A DNA stretch of 64,000 nucleotides from Nageia nagi (GCA_050084985.1 JBITNC010000002.1:23188001-23252000), one strand, 5' to 3'. Numbered from the stretch's first letter, positions 39,401-50,612 are shown. A program made the numbers and translations. Notes: generated by a model from the sequence alone, not told the origin.

Positions 39401-42400
39401 AACTTCACAATTTGATCAACAGAAATCCGTATATCTGCTCTCCTCTTAATTTTACTGCCAAAACGTATCTCTTGACCTTCTGTGTTCCTGTCTAATCACT
39501 GCCAAAATCTCATAGAAATGACTATCTCTTGGTTTTTCTTGTTCTAAAACTGTAGCCAACTTTCTGTGTACATCTTATTGTTTTTAGTACTACACAGCCT
39601 TTCAAAATGCATTCTCTCCAAGCCTTGAAAAACGGCAGGCTTCCCAAAACTAATGTAGCCAAACTTTCAAGAGAAACCTCTTGAGCTCCTCTTCTTTCTT
39701 ACCTATAGCAAGCGACCCTTATATAAAAATAAAACCATCTTCTCAACTGTTTGTAGCAGCTCTACAAGCTTACAACAACAGTTTTTATATTATTGACCAC
39801 TTTATATAAATAATGGTCCCTTCATAAAAAACAGTTTTCTAAATCCCAAAAAGAATTTACTTCCCAGCCAACATTTTTTTTTAAAGAAAAACATTACTTT
39901 TTTTAAATAAATGACAACATTTTTGTAACGGCTCACTCACTTTTCATAGCAATCAAGAACAATTGTAAAAAGATGCCTTTAGCTTTGTAACGGATGTGCC
40001 ACATAACCACCAGCTAATGAGGCATTTTGTCAAACATTTTTTCTGCCTTCTTTATGCTTCCACGTTGCACACATTGAGGCATTTTATCAAACAATTCGCA
40101 GGCCTGTCTTTTCTGAATTTAAACACAACATTTTCTCATATTAACTCCAGAGGCATTTTGTCAAACACTTTGCATGTCAAAACTGGAAAAACTAGAAAAA
40201 AATGATAAGTTAGCATTTTGCAATTGCTTCCCTTTTGTCATTGGGTGCCGGATTGGGCAAAAAAATTAAACATATATTCACAATATATCCGGCTATCTTC
40301 ACTAAAACTTTCAGCCTCTAACTTATCACGGATTGCTTACTGTACCTCTGACAAAGTAGCCTCCGACACTGATTTCAAAGACATTTTATCAAACACTTAG
40401 CATTCAAAGAATATGCAATTTATAGGTTCTCATACTTCGGGACCTCAGATCGCAACACTCCAAAAAGCAAACTTGCTTGTTTTTGCAATCTAAAGGTGAA
40501 ACAATCATCACATTTTGAAAAAACTCATATTTAATCAACATTTTTGACATTTTATTGCTGTCCCACAAAACTGCCCAAAACTGGAAAAAGTGTTTTGGAG
40601 GCATTTTTCAGAAGCTATAACTTTCTGCTCTGATGTCGGATTGAGGCAAAATTTGAACCACCTGCTCTTCGTACAACCCTCTACTGCTGGTACAAAACTC
40701 AAGTTCTAATTCATCTCTGAATGCACACGGTAACTCTTGCAAAATAGCAACTTGCAAAATGGCAACTTTGTCCAATAATACACAGCCAAAAAAAAGAAAC
40801 AAAAAACACAAGCTTTGCCATTGATGCATCGGCAAGGCAATCAGTCGTTCCAATGCTGCATCCACACTTGTTAATATCAAACAAACTCACGTACATCAAA
40901 TTAGACTAACAAACACAGTCCTTGTGCATTGTGATCACTTTGACGATTTTAGCATTTAACGCTTTTTGCACCTTTACACAAACTGTCACCTTCAACCAAG
41001 CAACAAACCAAAACTCACAAACTGCCACCTTCAACCGAGCAACAAACCAAAACTCATGCACACTGAAAGTACTTATGCAACCGCTGAACAAATCTACCAA
41101 AGTGTGTTGGCAACAATGACAATATTGCCACTGCACCTTGCTTAACAGAAAGAAAATATATTAATGTTTGCGGGTGACCAAAAGCGGTAATGAGATTGTG
41201 AGGTACAAATGTATAAAGCAACATCTAGGGCCCTAAAGGTCCTTCACAAGAAACAAACTAAGAAGTACAATACAAAAGTACAATAGAAGGCTAAACTTTA
41301 ACAATGAGTACATAATCAAATATTAAAACAAAATAGATAAGATCAATCGGGAGAGGACTCTCATTTGATGAGCTCCCCTCGGGCTGTGGTCATTGTCATC
41401 TCGATCGGAGTTAAAGAAGGATGTGATCCGTTGAGATTATAGAGGAATAAGGTTAGCACAAATTCGTTGTCTGGTACATCGAGTAAATGGAAGAGGGTCA
41501 TCTCTCCTCTTACGATCTTCTTTCTTTGAGGATGCTCAAAAGAATGAAGTAATCAGATGATCACCTGTCGGGAGTTGGGTGTCATGCAAGAGACATTTCC
41601 TGAGAAGGAACGCCTCTCTGATATAGAGTGCCACACAATGTTGATCTAGATACAAAAAGAAGATTGAGATTGAGCTATGGGAGTCACGAAGAGGATGTTT
41701 GTGAGCAAGGATTGGAATGTTGAGAATGTTGCTAGATATCAACTCTTCAATGAGTGGCAAAAGGTGTATGACTATGCTTTTGAGGAGCCCTTATTTACAA
41801 CCATGGATGAGGCCATTAAGGTAGAAGATTAAGTCTTTAATTTAATTTAATTATTTATTTGAATTGTTTTTCCATTTGCGAAATTTAAATTGTAATTATT
41901 TATTTATTTATTATTATTATTTTATTATTAATCCTTATTCAAGTATTAGAATCTTTGGTGAGGGTTTACTATTGTGTTGATGGAGAAAAATCAGCAATGG
42001 CATATGTATACGAGTCTATGGATAGAGAAAAAAGAGGTAATTGACTCATTTTATAATTATTCCCAGTCCAAGAACAATACCATTTGTGAAATTATTGACT
42101 GAAGATGGACTTCTCAACTCCATAGCCCACTTCATGCAATAGAGTACCACCTCATCCCCAATTTTTTATGCTAATTCCTTTAATGTGGAGTTTGGACTAT
42201 GAGATGATGGTGGGCCTTCAACAATGCATTGATCGCAGCCTAATGAGGAAATCTGCAGTATGATACAGGAGGAGCTCTAGGCTTATAAGAGATGTGGGAG
42301 AATCCTTCTCACATCCTTGCATTGCATTCCAGTGAGGTCAACTGTCTTTTGATTTTGTTTCACATGTGAAGTATTACATTGTTTTTTCTTGGCTTTTTCT

Positions 42401-45400
42401 AGATTTATGGTGGGAGGACTTTGGTGCATATACAACCAATCTATAGCACTTCACCATCAAAGTTTTATGGCAACCATGCATTGCTTTAGGTTGTGAGGGC
42501 AATTGAAATGTTTTTGAGCACATACACTCCAAGTAGCATAACAAACTTACACAACAAAAGTTGAATGATCTTGTTTTTGTTCATTACAAACCTTTGCTTC
42601 TACCATAAACAAATTGCAAGATCAATTAGTGAGGCCATTGACATAGATAAAATTGATCCATCATCTGAATGGATCACAAAGCAAGAGTAGGAGCAGTAAC
42701 AATATCTTCTTTTCCCCATGGATCATTTTGAAAACATGGGAAAATTAATAAGCAAGGTACAAGAAGAGGCATGGGCATCCACACAACCATAAAGGTAGCT
42801 TAGAGCTTATGCTAGGGCAAAGTACAAATGCATTGCAAAATATTGAGGCATCGTAATGAGTCATGACACTTTTTGTAATTTGTATTTTGTACTTTTTATA
42901 TTATAAGTAATTCAAGAATATGTCCCATCCTCTTCATGATATTTTTGAGTTATTAGCTTGTATCACTTGCACTATTAATGTTTTATTTATATAATGTTAA
43001 AATTTAATTATTTTTTTTTTAATGAAACATTGCATTTTCATCAATTTTTTTTGGCTGAGCTTTTGTTGAGTCTCGAGTTTGAGGCTTAAGTTGGCTTTGT
43101 TGAGTCCGAGCTGAGTTTCTCTACTATGTTAGAAACCATGCATGGTTTCTCATTTGGGCTTGGGATGGATATTGTGACATACATGTATTTTACAAAAGGA
43201 GTGATACTCAGCTATTGTATTGTAACCATTGTGTTGGCGATTACTGAATAATACATTGAGTGCTCCTTTGTTGCTAGGTTTTTTCACAAAAGGGTTTTCC
43301 CAAGGTTCAAACTACGCCCTATGCATTTTTAAAGCATTGCATGTTATTGCAGAAAATTTGCAGGTTGAAAATTCTTGCTGAAATTGTTAGATCCTAGTCT
43401 CTTTTGTTCTCCTTTTCTTTAAAGATTTGGTAGGAAGTTTTTCCTCATTTTATCTGGCTTCCTTTCATACTTCCATCCATTTTTGCACTACTTACTATTT
43501 TGGCTCCTCTACGTCATTTTCCTTTCTGTCCATTATCTGCATTGTTCCTAGAACCTTCTTCTTTACCATGTTGATCATCTGCTTCTCTCCTACAAGGCTG
43601 TCTAATTTACAGCATGCTTCTATGCCCTTGGTAATCTAATTTATCTCTAGCTATACCATCTTTTACTTGTTCTGTTTTGTCCATCTGGTGTCTTTTCCAA
43701 AGCTTCTTTTCATTTTTCAATTTAATCCAAATGTTTCCAATCTCAGTAGTAATTGCAATTCCATTAATAGTCCAAAATTTCATGTTGTTTTAGCTGTTCC
43801 TTTCAGTTTGTGCATTCTTTGTCAGTAGTTTCTTGCTATCAACGATTTTCCATCATTTCTTGTAACTACAATTTTGAAAAATATAAGGAAAATGAACTTC
43901 CTAATTTTGTACCTTAACTCATTTTGTATTTTTCTGATCACCATAATCTCATCTGACAGTCAAATACATTGTTATATTCATCTTCAATTCTCCCATTAAT
44001 TTTTAAACCATTTTGTTTGCTGATGGGGAAGGGAAATTGCTCATTTTGGGGCATTCATCTGCACTATGATTGCCTAATATCATATTATGTGCTAGATTCT
44101 TTTTATATATCAAATGGTTTGATTGACATCATTCTCCCTTACAGGGAGGAGTCGATGGTCCCACACAGAGGTGGGCTGCATGGGGCCTGTCTATGTTAAC
44201 CTGGTTTCTATCGGTTCTGGTCCTTGGAGGTGGGCCCTTCCACACCTTTGGGCCATGCTTCCGGCCTTGCAAGTACAGTATTAATCCCTGTGGATGCAAA
44301 AGAGCTCTAAATGTAGAGTTGGAGCCTTTGCTGAGGGTAGCCTTCTGATGAGTGCTCCACTTACAGGATTGTCAAATTTGCCAGGTTATTGTTGGTTTGG
44401 TTAGGTTCAAATGAGCACTCATCATCAGGCTACATTCAATAGTTGTTACTTGCCTACCTATAAAGTTGTGGGTCTGAATTTCACAATTTGCTGTAGAAGA
44501 AATACAAGTCCATGAGGGTTCACCCTCCGCCACTGAGCTTAGGTGCCAGCTTGGGAATGAGAAATGTTGTCACTGAATTAAGCTCTCATTCTTTCTTCTC
44601 TTCGTAAAAATATGCCTCCTGTAATCTGGTTGTATTTTATTTCCCCTCTTCGTATGTGCAATTTTTGGATCAATCTAAAGATAAAGAGTAGAAAATATTG
44701 AGGAATATTCAGTTATTAAGATGCTTTCACTAATTCACAAACTAAATAAAAGTGAAAAATAGGTTGTATTAAGGTTTACACAATCTTCGCAAAAAACATT
44801 TTGTAGTTATTTTGCTATTTTATTTTAGCAGAAATCGTTAAATCTAAAACATCATAGACCATTGTAGAATCAACATGGTTATTTTGTTTTCTGTGATCTG
44901 GTTACGTTCTCTAACTTCTTTTTGTATTTGTGCAATAATCAACCTTTGGATTGATTTGATAGTTAAAGAGTAGAAGATCTCAAAGGATTATTCTGTTACT
45001 AAGATGCTTCCTGCAGTAATTAACAAACTACATGGTAGTTATATTTCCATTATATTCAATTAGAAATGGTTACGTCTAAACCATTTTAGATGATTCTAAC
45101 TTTTTGCATCTTATAGTAATTGAATCATGCATTGTCAAATATGTATTATAATGCGCTTTTCACTTATTCATGTACTGTCTTCGGATAACGTGTCTGACAA
45201 TTTAAGATTACAAGCCTAACAAAATATCTACCTCCAAACACTTGCTTGATATAATCTCCATTCCTCTAATGAATTGTTTTAGGATAAGTCATTTTCATTC
45301 TGTTTATTTTTTATTGATAATGACAAGCTTCCTTGAGTTGCTAATGAAAGTTACAGCTCATTTCGAAAAGTGATGCACCCAATTATTACTCAAAATGACA

Positions 45401-47068
45401 ATAAAAATCCTTGAAATGGTTTTCAAAAATAGTTCTTGCTGTGTGCTGTGTTCCTTGAAATCCCATTTGTATTAAAAAGGATTACAAATGTTATGACCTT
45501 GAAAAGGCCTTATTGCAAAAGAACCGGTAACTGAAATTTTTAGTGGAAAGCCTTTGACCAGAGATGTGACGATAAATTCAAACATAGGCCTAAGAAGAAG
45601 CAATTGTATCATTCTAACTCATTTTATGTTGTCACATGATTTTGGATTAATAGTTTTATGTCCTCATTGCCACATGATTCTGGATTAATGTTTTTGTCCT
45701 CATTGCCACATGGTCCTATAGACTCTTGGTTTCATGGACATAATTAAGACGTTTCATTTCATTTCTGACATCTTGTAATTTCACTGTACTTATTACTCTT
45801 CAAGGGAGTGTTGACTATGCTTCTATTTTTCATACAATCTTGTCAGTTGAATATTTTGACCAAATAAATATGGACTTGATGGAGCTTATATATTGTTCAC
45901 TAATTCAATACATCTCACAAATAAATGTTTTAATCAAATAAATGTTTAAATCATCCATTTTAGCAATTAGCTCAGAACCTTCCTATTTCTAATCTGAAAA
46001 CAAGAGACACACTATGCCATGATTGAAGTGTGAGGTGGAAACATTTGTTAGCTGAGGTATAATGGTTAGTCATTTTGTTTTGCTGCCATATTCTTATGTA
46101 AATAGTATTCTTTGAAATTTACATTAAAGAAACTAGTTATTAATGATTATGTCCTATATAAATTTTCTCATTACGAATGCAATATATTCTTGTTGAAGGC
46201 TCAATATTCTTTTCAATTATTTCAGGATTTGATGTTGATAGAAAAGAAGCTTTGTGATTTGAAGGATGAATTTGGAAATCAAGTTGTTATTGTTTTAACA
46301 GAAAAGGTAAGTGCCAAGCTTTAGCAAGTAGATTCAGAATTATATTGCATGTTTCTGAAGGTAACATCACATTAATGATAGACAGAAGGCTTCTGTTTGC
46401 TTCAAAATTGCCCTTCAAAACTGTCCTTTATCATGACAAATTAGAGCATAATATGTAGTGCATAGCCTGGATGGTCAAGCACATCGAATAATATGTGAAT
46501 TCTTTTTATTAAAATAAGGCTGTTTAAGTTGTTTTGCATGATTTGTTGGTAACCTAGAAATTGCAACTAGAGCATTGGGATGTTCCTATGAATTTCTATC
46601 AGGCAAATAAGGAACTTAAAATATCCATAAAGGCAAACTTTCCCATATGTAGGACAGTAAGGGTTTAATGGAGTGAATTTTGGGAAGGTGATTTAGAAGC
46701 ACATGTCAAGCACTTTGATAAGTTTGTAAATGTTTTAGTCTAAGTCCAACCCAATAAGATTATCAACCAACTGGGAACTAGGTTCTCATAGGGAGGAAAG
46801 AAGAACAATTTGGCTTCTGTGGGGCTCACTTATACATGAGAGGGGCTTGTTCCATTTTAAAATTTAATAGCATTAATGCTAGCCCAGCTTAATTGTTTTT
46901 GCCTGTTGACATGAGCAGGATTATGAAAGAAGTAATGAACTATTTTCAAAGTTTAAAGCTGCAAATATTCTTGTTCTACATTCTACTCTGGCAATTCTTT
47001 GTTCTGAAGGCGGAAGCTCAGAAGCAAGATTCAAAAAAGTGTTGCTAGAAAAAGTGATCCAACAATAA
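8781..47068 (+). CDS. LPXK: Tetraacyldisaccharide (lipid A) 4'-kinase, plant mitochondrial type. 8 exons: join(8781..8959,9071..9194,14308..14550,16794..16943,18125..18340,33031..33090,46226..46306,46919..47068), 400 aa
   Basis: Exons join in frame across GT-AG introns (1203 nt, ATG to TAA, no internal stop). LpxK motifs occur in the right order: PVISVGNLTWGGNGKTP (P-loop), GYAGGDE, IILDDGMQH (Walker B), RDLEIV, PRGPLRE, RAD, SGIG, FSDHH, LTEKD. Colinear with Arabidopsis LpxK as I recall it. Confidence 0.95.
9071..9194 (+). CDS. LPXK: LpxK exon 2 (P-loop, LEVPVISVGNLTWGGNGKTPMTEFL...PLILTK)
   Basis: Hand translation, not in the ORF track; acceptor AAG|G, donor AAG|GTAAGT. Confidence 0.95.
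11422..11677. mobile_element. Short non-autonomous hAT-type element (about 255 bp) in LpxK intron 2
   Basis: Termini CATAGTT...AACTATG, as in the intron-6 hAT; ATGCAAAT at 11414-11421 and 11678-11685 (8-bp TSD-like, right copy offset by 3 nt); subterminal GAGTTT motifs. Confidence 0.6.
11720..12430 (-). mobile_element. Ty3/Gypsy chromovirus remnant (integrase C-terminal SH3-like region and chromodomain)
   Basis: VGDVVFLQLQLYKQTSL..KLAPKFYGSY.VIQQIGKVTYKVELP..SKIHPIFHV motif; boundaries approximate. Confidence 0.85.
12760..13696 (+). mobile_element. Second Ty3/Gypsy chromovirus remnant with its 3' LTR (13337-13696)
   Basis: Broken frame VGDMVILRLQSHKQVSL..KMAPKFY..SKVHPIF..ELNEEGQMILELE; purine tract, then TGTAGT...ATTACA with CTATAAATAG inside. 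Confidence 0.8.
14308..14550 (+). CDS. LPXK: LpxK exon 3 (GYAGGDETKMLQRHL...IILDDGMQ)
   Basis: Acceptor TTGTAG|, donor CAG|GTAAGC; 81 codons. Confidence 0.95.
16794..16943 (+). CDS. LPXK: LpxK exon 4 (HWSLSRDLEIV...GPLRE...HHADL)
   Basis: Acceptor CAG|CAT, donor TTG|GTATGT; 50 codons. Confidence 0.95.
17314..17598. repeat. Tandem duplication, about 141 bp x2, LpxK intron 4
   Basis: GGTGAGGTAATTCTCTAGTTGTAAA... starts at 17314 and 17455; near-identical copies. Confidence 0.9.
18125..18340 (+). CDS. LPXK: LpxK exon 5 (ISDEKHQY...LCVSGIGCPESLSLTMKK)
   Basis: Polypyrimidine tract with TTCAG|, donor AAG|GTAAAA; 72 codons. Confidence 0.93.
18975..19798 (+). mobile_element. 5'-truncated LINE 3' end with (TTTC)n tail
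   Basis: Broken frame SQFRVCSHELRIELDHHIP..LC..ESKDHFVFRCP..YEIRGWYHCLFRDS..RCVALYMR (C-terminal Cys/His region of LINE ORF2), then 3' UTR ending ATTAATATAC(TTTC)3; left boundary approximate. Confidence 0.8.
20503..20885. repeat. Tandem repeat, about 125-130 bp x3, each unit starting with a (TA)n run
   Basis: AAAC(C/A)AGATCATGATGACATTTAATAGAAA at about 20516, 20641 and 20771. Confidence 0.9.
21999..22724 (-). pseudogene. hAT transposase, 3' part (hATC dimerisation domain)
   Basis: WWESFG..PLLQQLVIRILSQPCSASGCERKWSLFERIHTRKRNRL; continues CLE|RM across the insertion. Confidence 0.92.
23801..26978 (-). pseudogene. Decayed ORF of about 1050 codons, unknown function, inside the giant LTR-like unit (globular N-terminal region, acidic low-complexity linker, helical or coiled-coil C-terminus)
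   Basis: ORF-track fragments 26978-26739, 26767-26411, 26296-25337, 25000-24815, 24652-24407 and 24193-23801 tile the region. 26296/25000 share a frame, as do 24652/24193. Minus-strand CTATAAATAC near 27190-27199 lies upstream. Confidence 0.75.
27354..28107. repeat. Six 52-bp imperfect palindromes separated by non-repeated spacers
   Basis: Copies at 27354, 27569, 27641, 27786, 27931 and 28056, e.g. CTAGCGCATGCCCAGAAAAGACAAGATTTTGTCTTTCTAGAGCATGCGCTAG. Confidence 0.88.
28472..30133 (-). pseudogene. hAT transposase, 5' part (BED zinc finger, DUF659, catalytic core)
   Basis: DIAWKY..CNFCSK..GINRVKYHLA; GCTILFDSWEDQRGRTLINFL; CIDLILEDIGK; KFIYNH; TQFATNFLNLQ; PMGYLYE..RWDDQLHKPIHAATLYLNP; frameshifted. 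Confidence 0.92.
30228..30470. repeat. Three spaced copies of an about 48-bp motif upstream of the hAT transposase start
   Basis: TGATACAC(C/T)AG(A/G)TCAAC..TTGT.GCAAGTGTAGA(G/A)CATACTCT at about 30232, 30337 and 30425. Confidence 0.85.
31400..32600 (-). mobile_element. Highly degraded LTR retrotransposon 5' internal region
   Basis: tRNA-Met-type PBS (TGGTATCAGAAC on minus, about 32569-32580) followed by decayed coding-like sequence; extent uncertain. Confidence 0.4.
33031..33090 (+). CDS. LPXK: LpxK exon 6, 60 nt (LGAAYVDRVDFSDHHSFQDK)
   Basis: Acceptor CTGTAG|, donor AAG|GTGACA; contains the FxDHH motif; too short for the ORF track. Confidence 0.92.
33451..33497. repeat. (TA)n microsatellite
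   Basis: Direct read. Confidence 0.97.
34826..34950. repeat. Tandem repeat, about 45 bp x3
   Basis: GAA(C/A)TCAGAAAAAGCTAAGTTGTATCA..AGGCTCAGG-like unit occurs three times. Confidence 0.85.
38879..41687 (-). mobile_element. 5'-truncated LINE (about 550 bp of own sequence, mainly 41148-41687), same family as 18975-19798; its (TTTC)n tail is split by a solo LTR
   Basis: Frame DSHSSISIFFLYLDQHCVALYIREAFLLRKCL matches the other copy; shared 3' end CGCTTTTGGTCACC.G...ACATTAATATA.TTTCTTTC; GAAGA on both flanks; removal restores hAT TLK|RMFVSKDW. Confidence 0.82.
38890..41147 (-). mobile_element. Solo LTR, 2258 bp (Copia-like terminal motif)
   Basis: TGTTGA...TTAACA termini; GAAAG on both sides; GAGAGGGGG..GTGAATCAG near the left end; no coding domains; strand inferred. 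Confidence 0.78.
46226..46306 (+). CDS. LPXK: LpxK exon 7 (DLMLIEKKL...VIVLTEK)
   Basis: Acceptor TTTCAG|, donor AAG|GTAAGT; the TEK|D motif spans the next intron. Confidence 0.92.
46919..47068 (+). CDS. LPXK: LpxK exon 8, terminal (DYERSNELF...ILVLHSTL...VIQQ*)
   Basis: Acceptor CAG|GAT completes TEKDYER; TAA at 47066-47068. Confidence 0.88.
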   Translation, partial: DYERSNELFSKFKAANILVLHSTLAILCSEGGSSEARFKKVLLEKVIQQ

Positions 47069-50000
47069 TGTTTGAATGCAAGGAGTTGTTCTAATTGTTG
47101 ACATCCACTATTAATGTCAAGAGCTTCGAGTTTGAGGAATATAGTGGGCCAGATGAGAATCTTTGGTATGGTTGTTTCATCCTTGTTAAAAGAAGGACAC
47201 AGCACATGACCTTGCTAATTTCTTTGTATAGATTGATTTCTGTCAAGTTCATCAGGTCAATGTAGATCAAGTCCATACTCTATCTCAAGTATGACTGCAC
47301 ATAGTCTCTTAAAACTGAGAACGCTCATGTTTGAACTTTAAAGGGACTTATGTTTTCTGGCTATCATGATCTTCTATTGGTCAAAGATGTTGACATTTTG
47401 TGATGCTTCTGAACTTGGCTCTATACAATCATGTGATGTAAAGTTATGTTAGCTTCTGACGTGGTTGGCACTTGGCATGGGTGGCAATGCAGATTACAAG
47501 TAATAATTACTTTTTCATTTTTCCAAAGCTGAAAACCAATGTTAGAATAGATACTCTAAAGGGACTACATTGCTTATTGTAAATATGTAGATAAGAACTA
47601 TTCTTTGAGATGGCTTGCAATATTCACTGGTTTGTTGTTAGGTCAATTGTGATTATGTTGAAAAAAAACAACTTTACGTTTGGGTTATTACCAAAATCCT
47701 TCTCTTGGAATTGAAAGATGACTGAAACATGAAGGCAAGTATTAAAGAAGCTACAACAAAAAAATTATTATAGTATGGGTCGGTAAAACACTTGCGTATA
47801 GAAAGTTTGTTCATTGCAAGGAGACTCTTTGTGTTGGGGTGGGAGATATGTGGTTGATACCCACCACCGTCTACCCCTTCACTATGTTATATAACTTCCA
47901 AGGAGCAGTGTTATGCATTGCATTGTAGGTTGAAAGGCAAGTACGATGGGCTTCTCAAGCTTTTCTGTGATTAGACTTGCCTAGACATTTTCTGTAGTAG
48001 CTATAGGTTTAAAGGAGAATCATCAGTACTATTTCTATTTTTAGGAAGCCCCTTAACATACAAGGTTTGTTGGCAAAGTTGTAACTTGAAGAGTATATTT
48101 ACTTTTCTGGTGTGCAGAAGTATACCTCTTGTAGATACTTAACTTGTATTTGAAACGTAGAATTTACATGTTTTTAGAGTCAGTTAACATGTATTCCTAT
48201 GCATGGTTGTTTGCTATTTTTTGTTCATTTACACAATCACCGTTTTCTTAATCATTAACGAAACATTATCATGATGAACTAAAATGTGGCCGTCTTAGGC
48301 ATCTTAGGGTGGTTTGTATTGATTTGGGTTAATTGCATATTAGTAAGGTTTTGACTTTTTGCACTTTCCCATATGTATGAAGGGGAATTCAAATTTGAAT
48401 TAGACCTTTTGGAATCATATAAAAGCAAATTACGCAATCCAACATGCGCACAAACATAGTTTTGTAGCCTCACATCTTAGTAACTACAAAGTTTTAGTTA
48501 TCAGCTTAAAGTTTCATAGCCACACATCTTAATGAAATGTTTTCGTTATCATCTAATCATTTTGTGTTATCAAACTTTTATCAGAGTTGAAGCATACCGT
48601 AGTATAAAATCATCATCATTGGTCAGCATATTGCATTTGCATTTCATCTTTGCCTACAATACGTAAATCTTCTCTAATGAAGGACCTTGACTATATATTA
48701 TTCAAACATAAGATACCCTAACACAAATAAACGTCCTATCCCCCTCTAGCTCATGATAATAGGCTGGAAGGTATTCTCAACTCTCTTATGATATGTATGT
48801 TGACAAAGATTGAAATAGTTGTATAACCGTTTTGGAGGGATTTGAAGCTATCACTCACCACTGGAAATCAATTGTAGATCTCGATTATAAAACATGATAA
48901 CACTTTGAGGATACAAGATTATATAGCATGACTGTGCCATGATTGTCCAAATAAGAATATCGTGGTTTAGATGATACCATTAGAACTAAGTATACCTTTA
49001 GCATTCACTACTATCATTACTGCTATTTTATGCCATTTATTATATTGGGAAACTGTTATAATTTATTTGAAAATAATATAATTGTAGTTAGCCAATTACC
49101 TTTATTTGAAGCTTGCATGGATTCTAGATTTTGGATAATATTATGATTGACAATGGTTCAAGATTGAACGTTTGTAATTAGACTTTTCTTAGTTTTGGCA
49201 TGGAATGATATATAATAAAAAAAGAAAATACATAGATTAAAGATTTTGATTTAGTCTTGACATTAAAGAAAATGCAATATCCAATAAGTTTATAGAGGGT
49301 TTTAACAATATGGCTCAAAATACGATTCACATTATCACTTTGACAATTATGGTTAATCTAAGAAGGTTATATTATTATTTTATTTTATAATATGTGTTTG
49401 TTGTATCATAAATTAATTAGATTAAGGTAATTCTTTTCATATATATTTTAATATTTAATTTATTTCATAGAGGTTAAATTGTTACAATGAAACTAAAGAT
49501 GTCAAAATTCAAGAAATATAAAATGCATCATGATTATAGGTAAGTGCTACAACCGTCGAATACAATAATTAGAAAAGATATTCATAGGTTAAATGGATAT
49601 ACACAAAAGATAATTGGAAGCAATGATATATATTTTATGTACATGGGTTTGAAAAGAAATAACAATAGAAATAGAAATTTTATTGATGTTTACGATGGGC
49701 TAAATATGACCCATGGGATTGTGGAAAGGAATTTGCAACAATAACAAGTGGGAGGGCTTGAGTGCACTACCAAAATGAAAGAAATAAAAGTAAATACAAT
49801 TTTGCTCTCGTGGAGTAGACCAAAAGAAGAAAGAAAAAAGAAAGGAGTAGAGATATTCTTGTGTGTGTATGTGCATGAGCACATATGTATGTGTGTGTGA
49901 AGGTATGTTTAGGACCTATAAGGAGCTCTAATACCATTTGTGATGGTTATGCAAGATGATTAAAATACTCAATTCTATTTATTTGAAGAACTTGGTTTAA

Positions 50001-50276
50001 ACTTGCATGAAAATCAAAGAATTTTATGATGAAAAGAATTCTAACACAAAATGAAACACAATAGGGAACAACAATGTTGGAATTCAATTCAAGAAATATT
50101 ACAAAATACAAAATTAAATACAATAATAAACATAAAAAATATATCAAAAATTAATTCTTTTCTTTGTATTTCATAAGCCTCTTTGAAGGGGCAACCTTTT
50201 AATATGAATAAACTCAATATAAAATAGATGGCATGGCTTGTATTGTTGATATTTCATAACAGAAATATTTCTCGCA

Positions 50277-50612
50277 GTATATCTTTTACATAGTATACAT
50301 AATATATGCATTATTCTTCTACCTATATTTCCTTACATTATTTTGCAATATGGATCCCCTCCTTTACAATAATGATTCACATGTATTATTATTATTATCA
50401 TTATTATTATTTTTTTTTATGAGAGATGTTAGCCGGAGCCACTAATCCTCTAGGAGTATATCTTTTACATAGTATACATAATATATGCATTACTCTTCTA
50501 CCTATATTTCCTTACATTATTTTGCAACATGTATCCCTTCCTTTACAATAATGATTCACATGTATTATTATTATTTTTTTACGAGAGATGTTAGCCGGGG
50601 CCACTAATCCTC
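50277..50612. repeat. Tandem duplication, about 178-bp period x2, including the tail end of the adjacent SINE-like element
   Basis: AGTATATCTTTTACATAGTATACATA...GCCACTAATCCTCT occurs twice. Confidence 0.9.

Larger units (their letters stand above)
36817..43128 (+). mobile_element. hAT DNA transposon in LpxK intron 6, decayed transposase, carrying a nested LINE and solo LTR
   Basis: TIRs CATAGTTGCAAAACTCGG / CTGAGTTTCTCTACTATG; 8-bp TSD TTTGAAAC (36809-36816) / TTAGAAAC (43129-43136); frames DLAWKY..GGINCLKYH, EVGEENIVQVI..FWTPCVAHC, ATNFVTLQSL, AMAYVYESMDR, WWEDFG..QPC..GCE. Confidence 0.9.

Noticed and set aside
8781-47068. Bacterial contamination or recent horizontal transfer of lpxK
   Set aside because: Seven spliceosomal introns and a plant-type sequence; LpxK is a known plant nuclear gene.
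46921-47205. Minus-strand 94-aa ORF, and similar ones at 8996-9268, 16726-16980 and 58511-58732
   Set aside because: Antisense shadows of real + strand exons.
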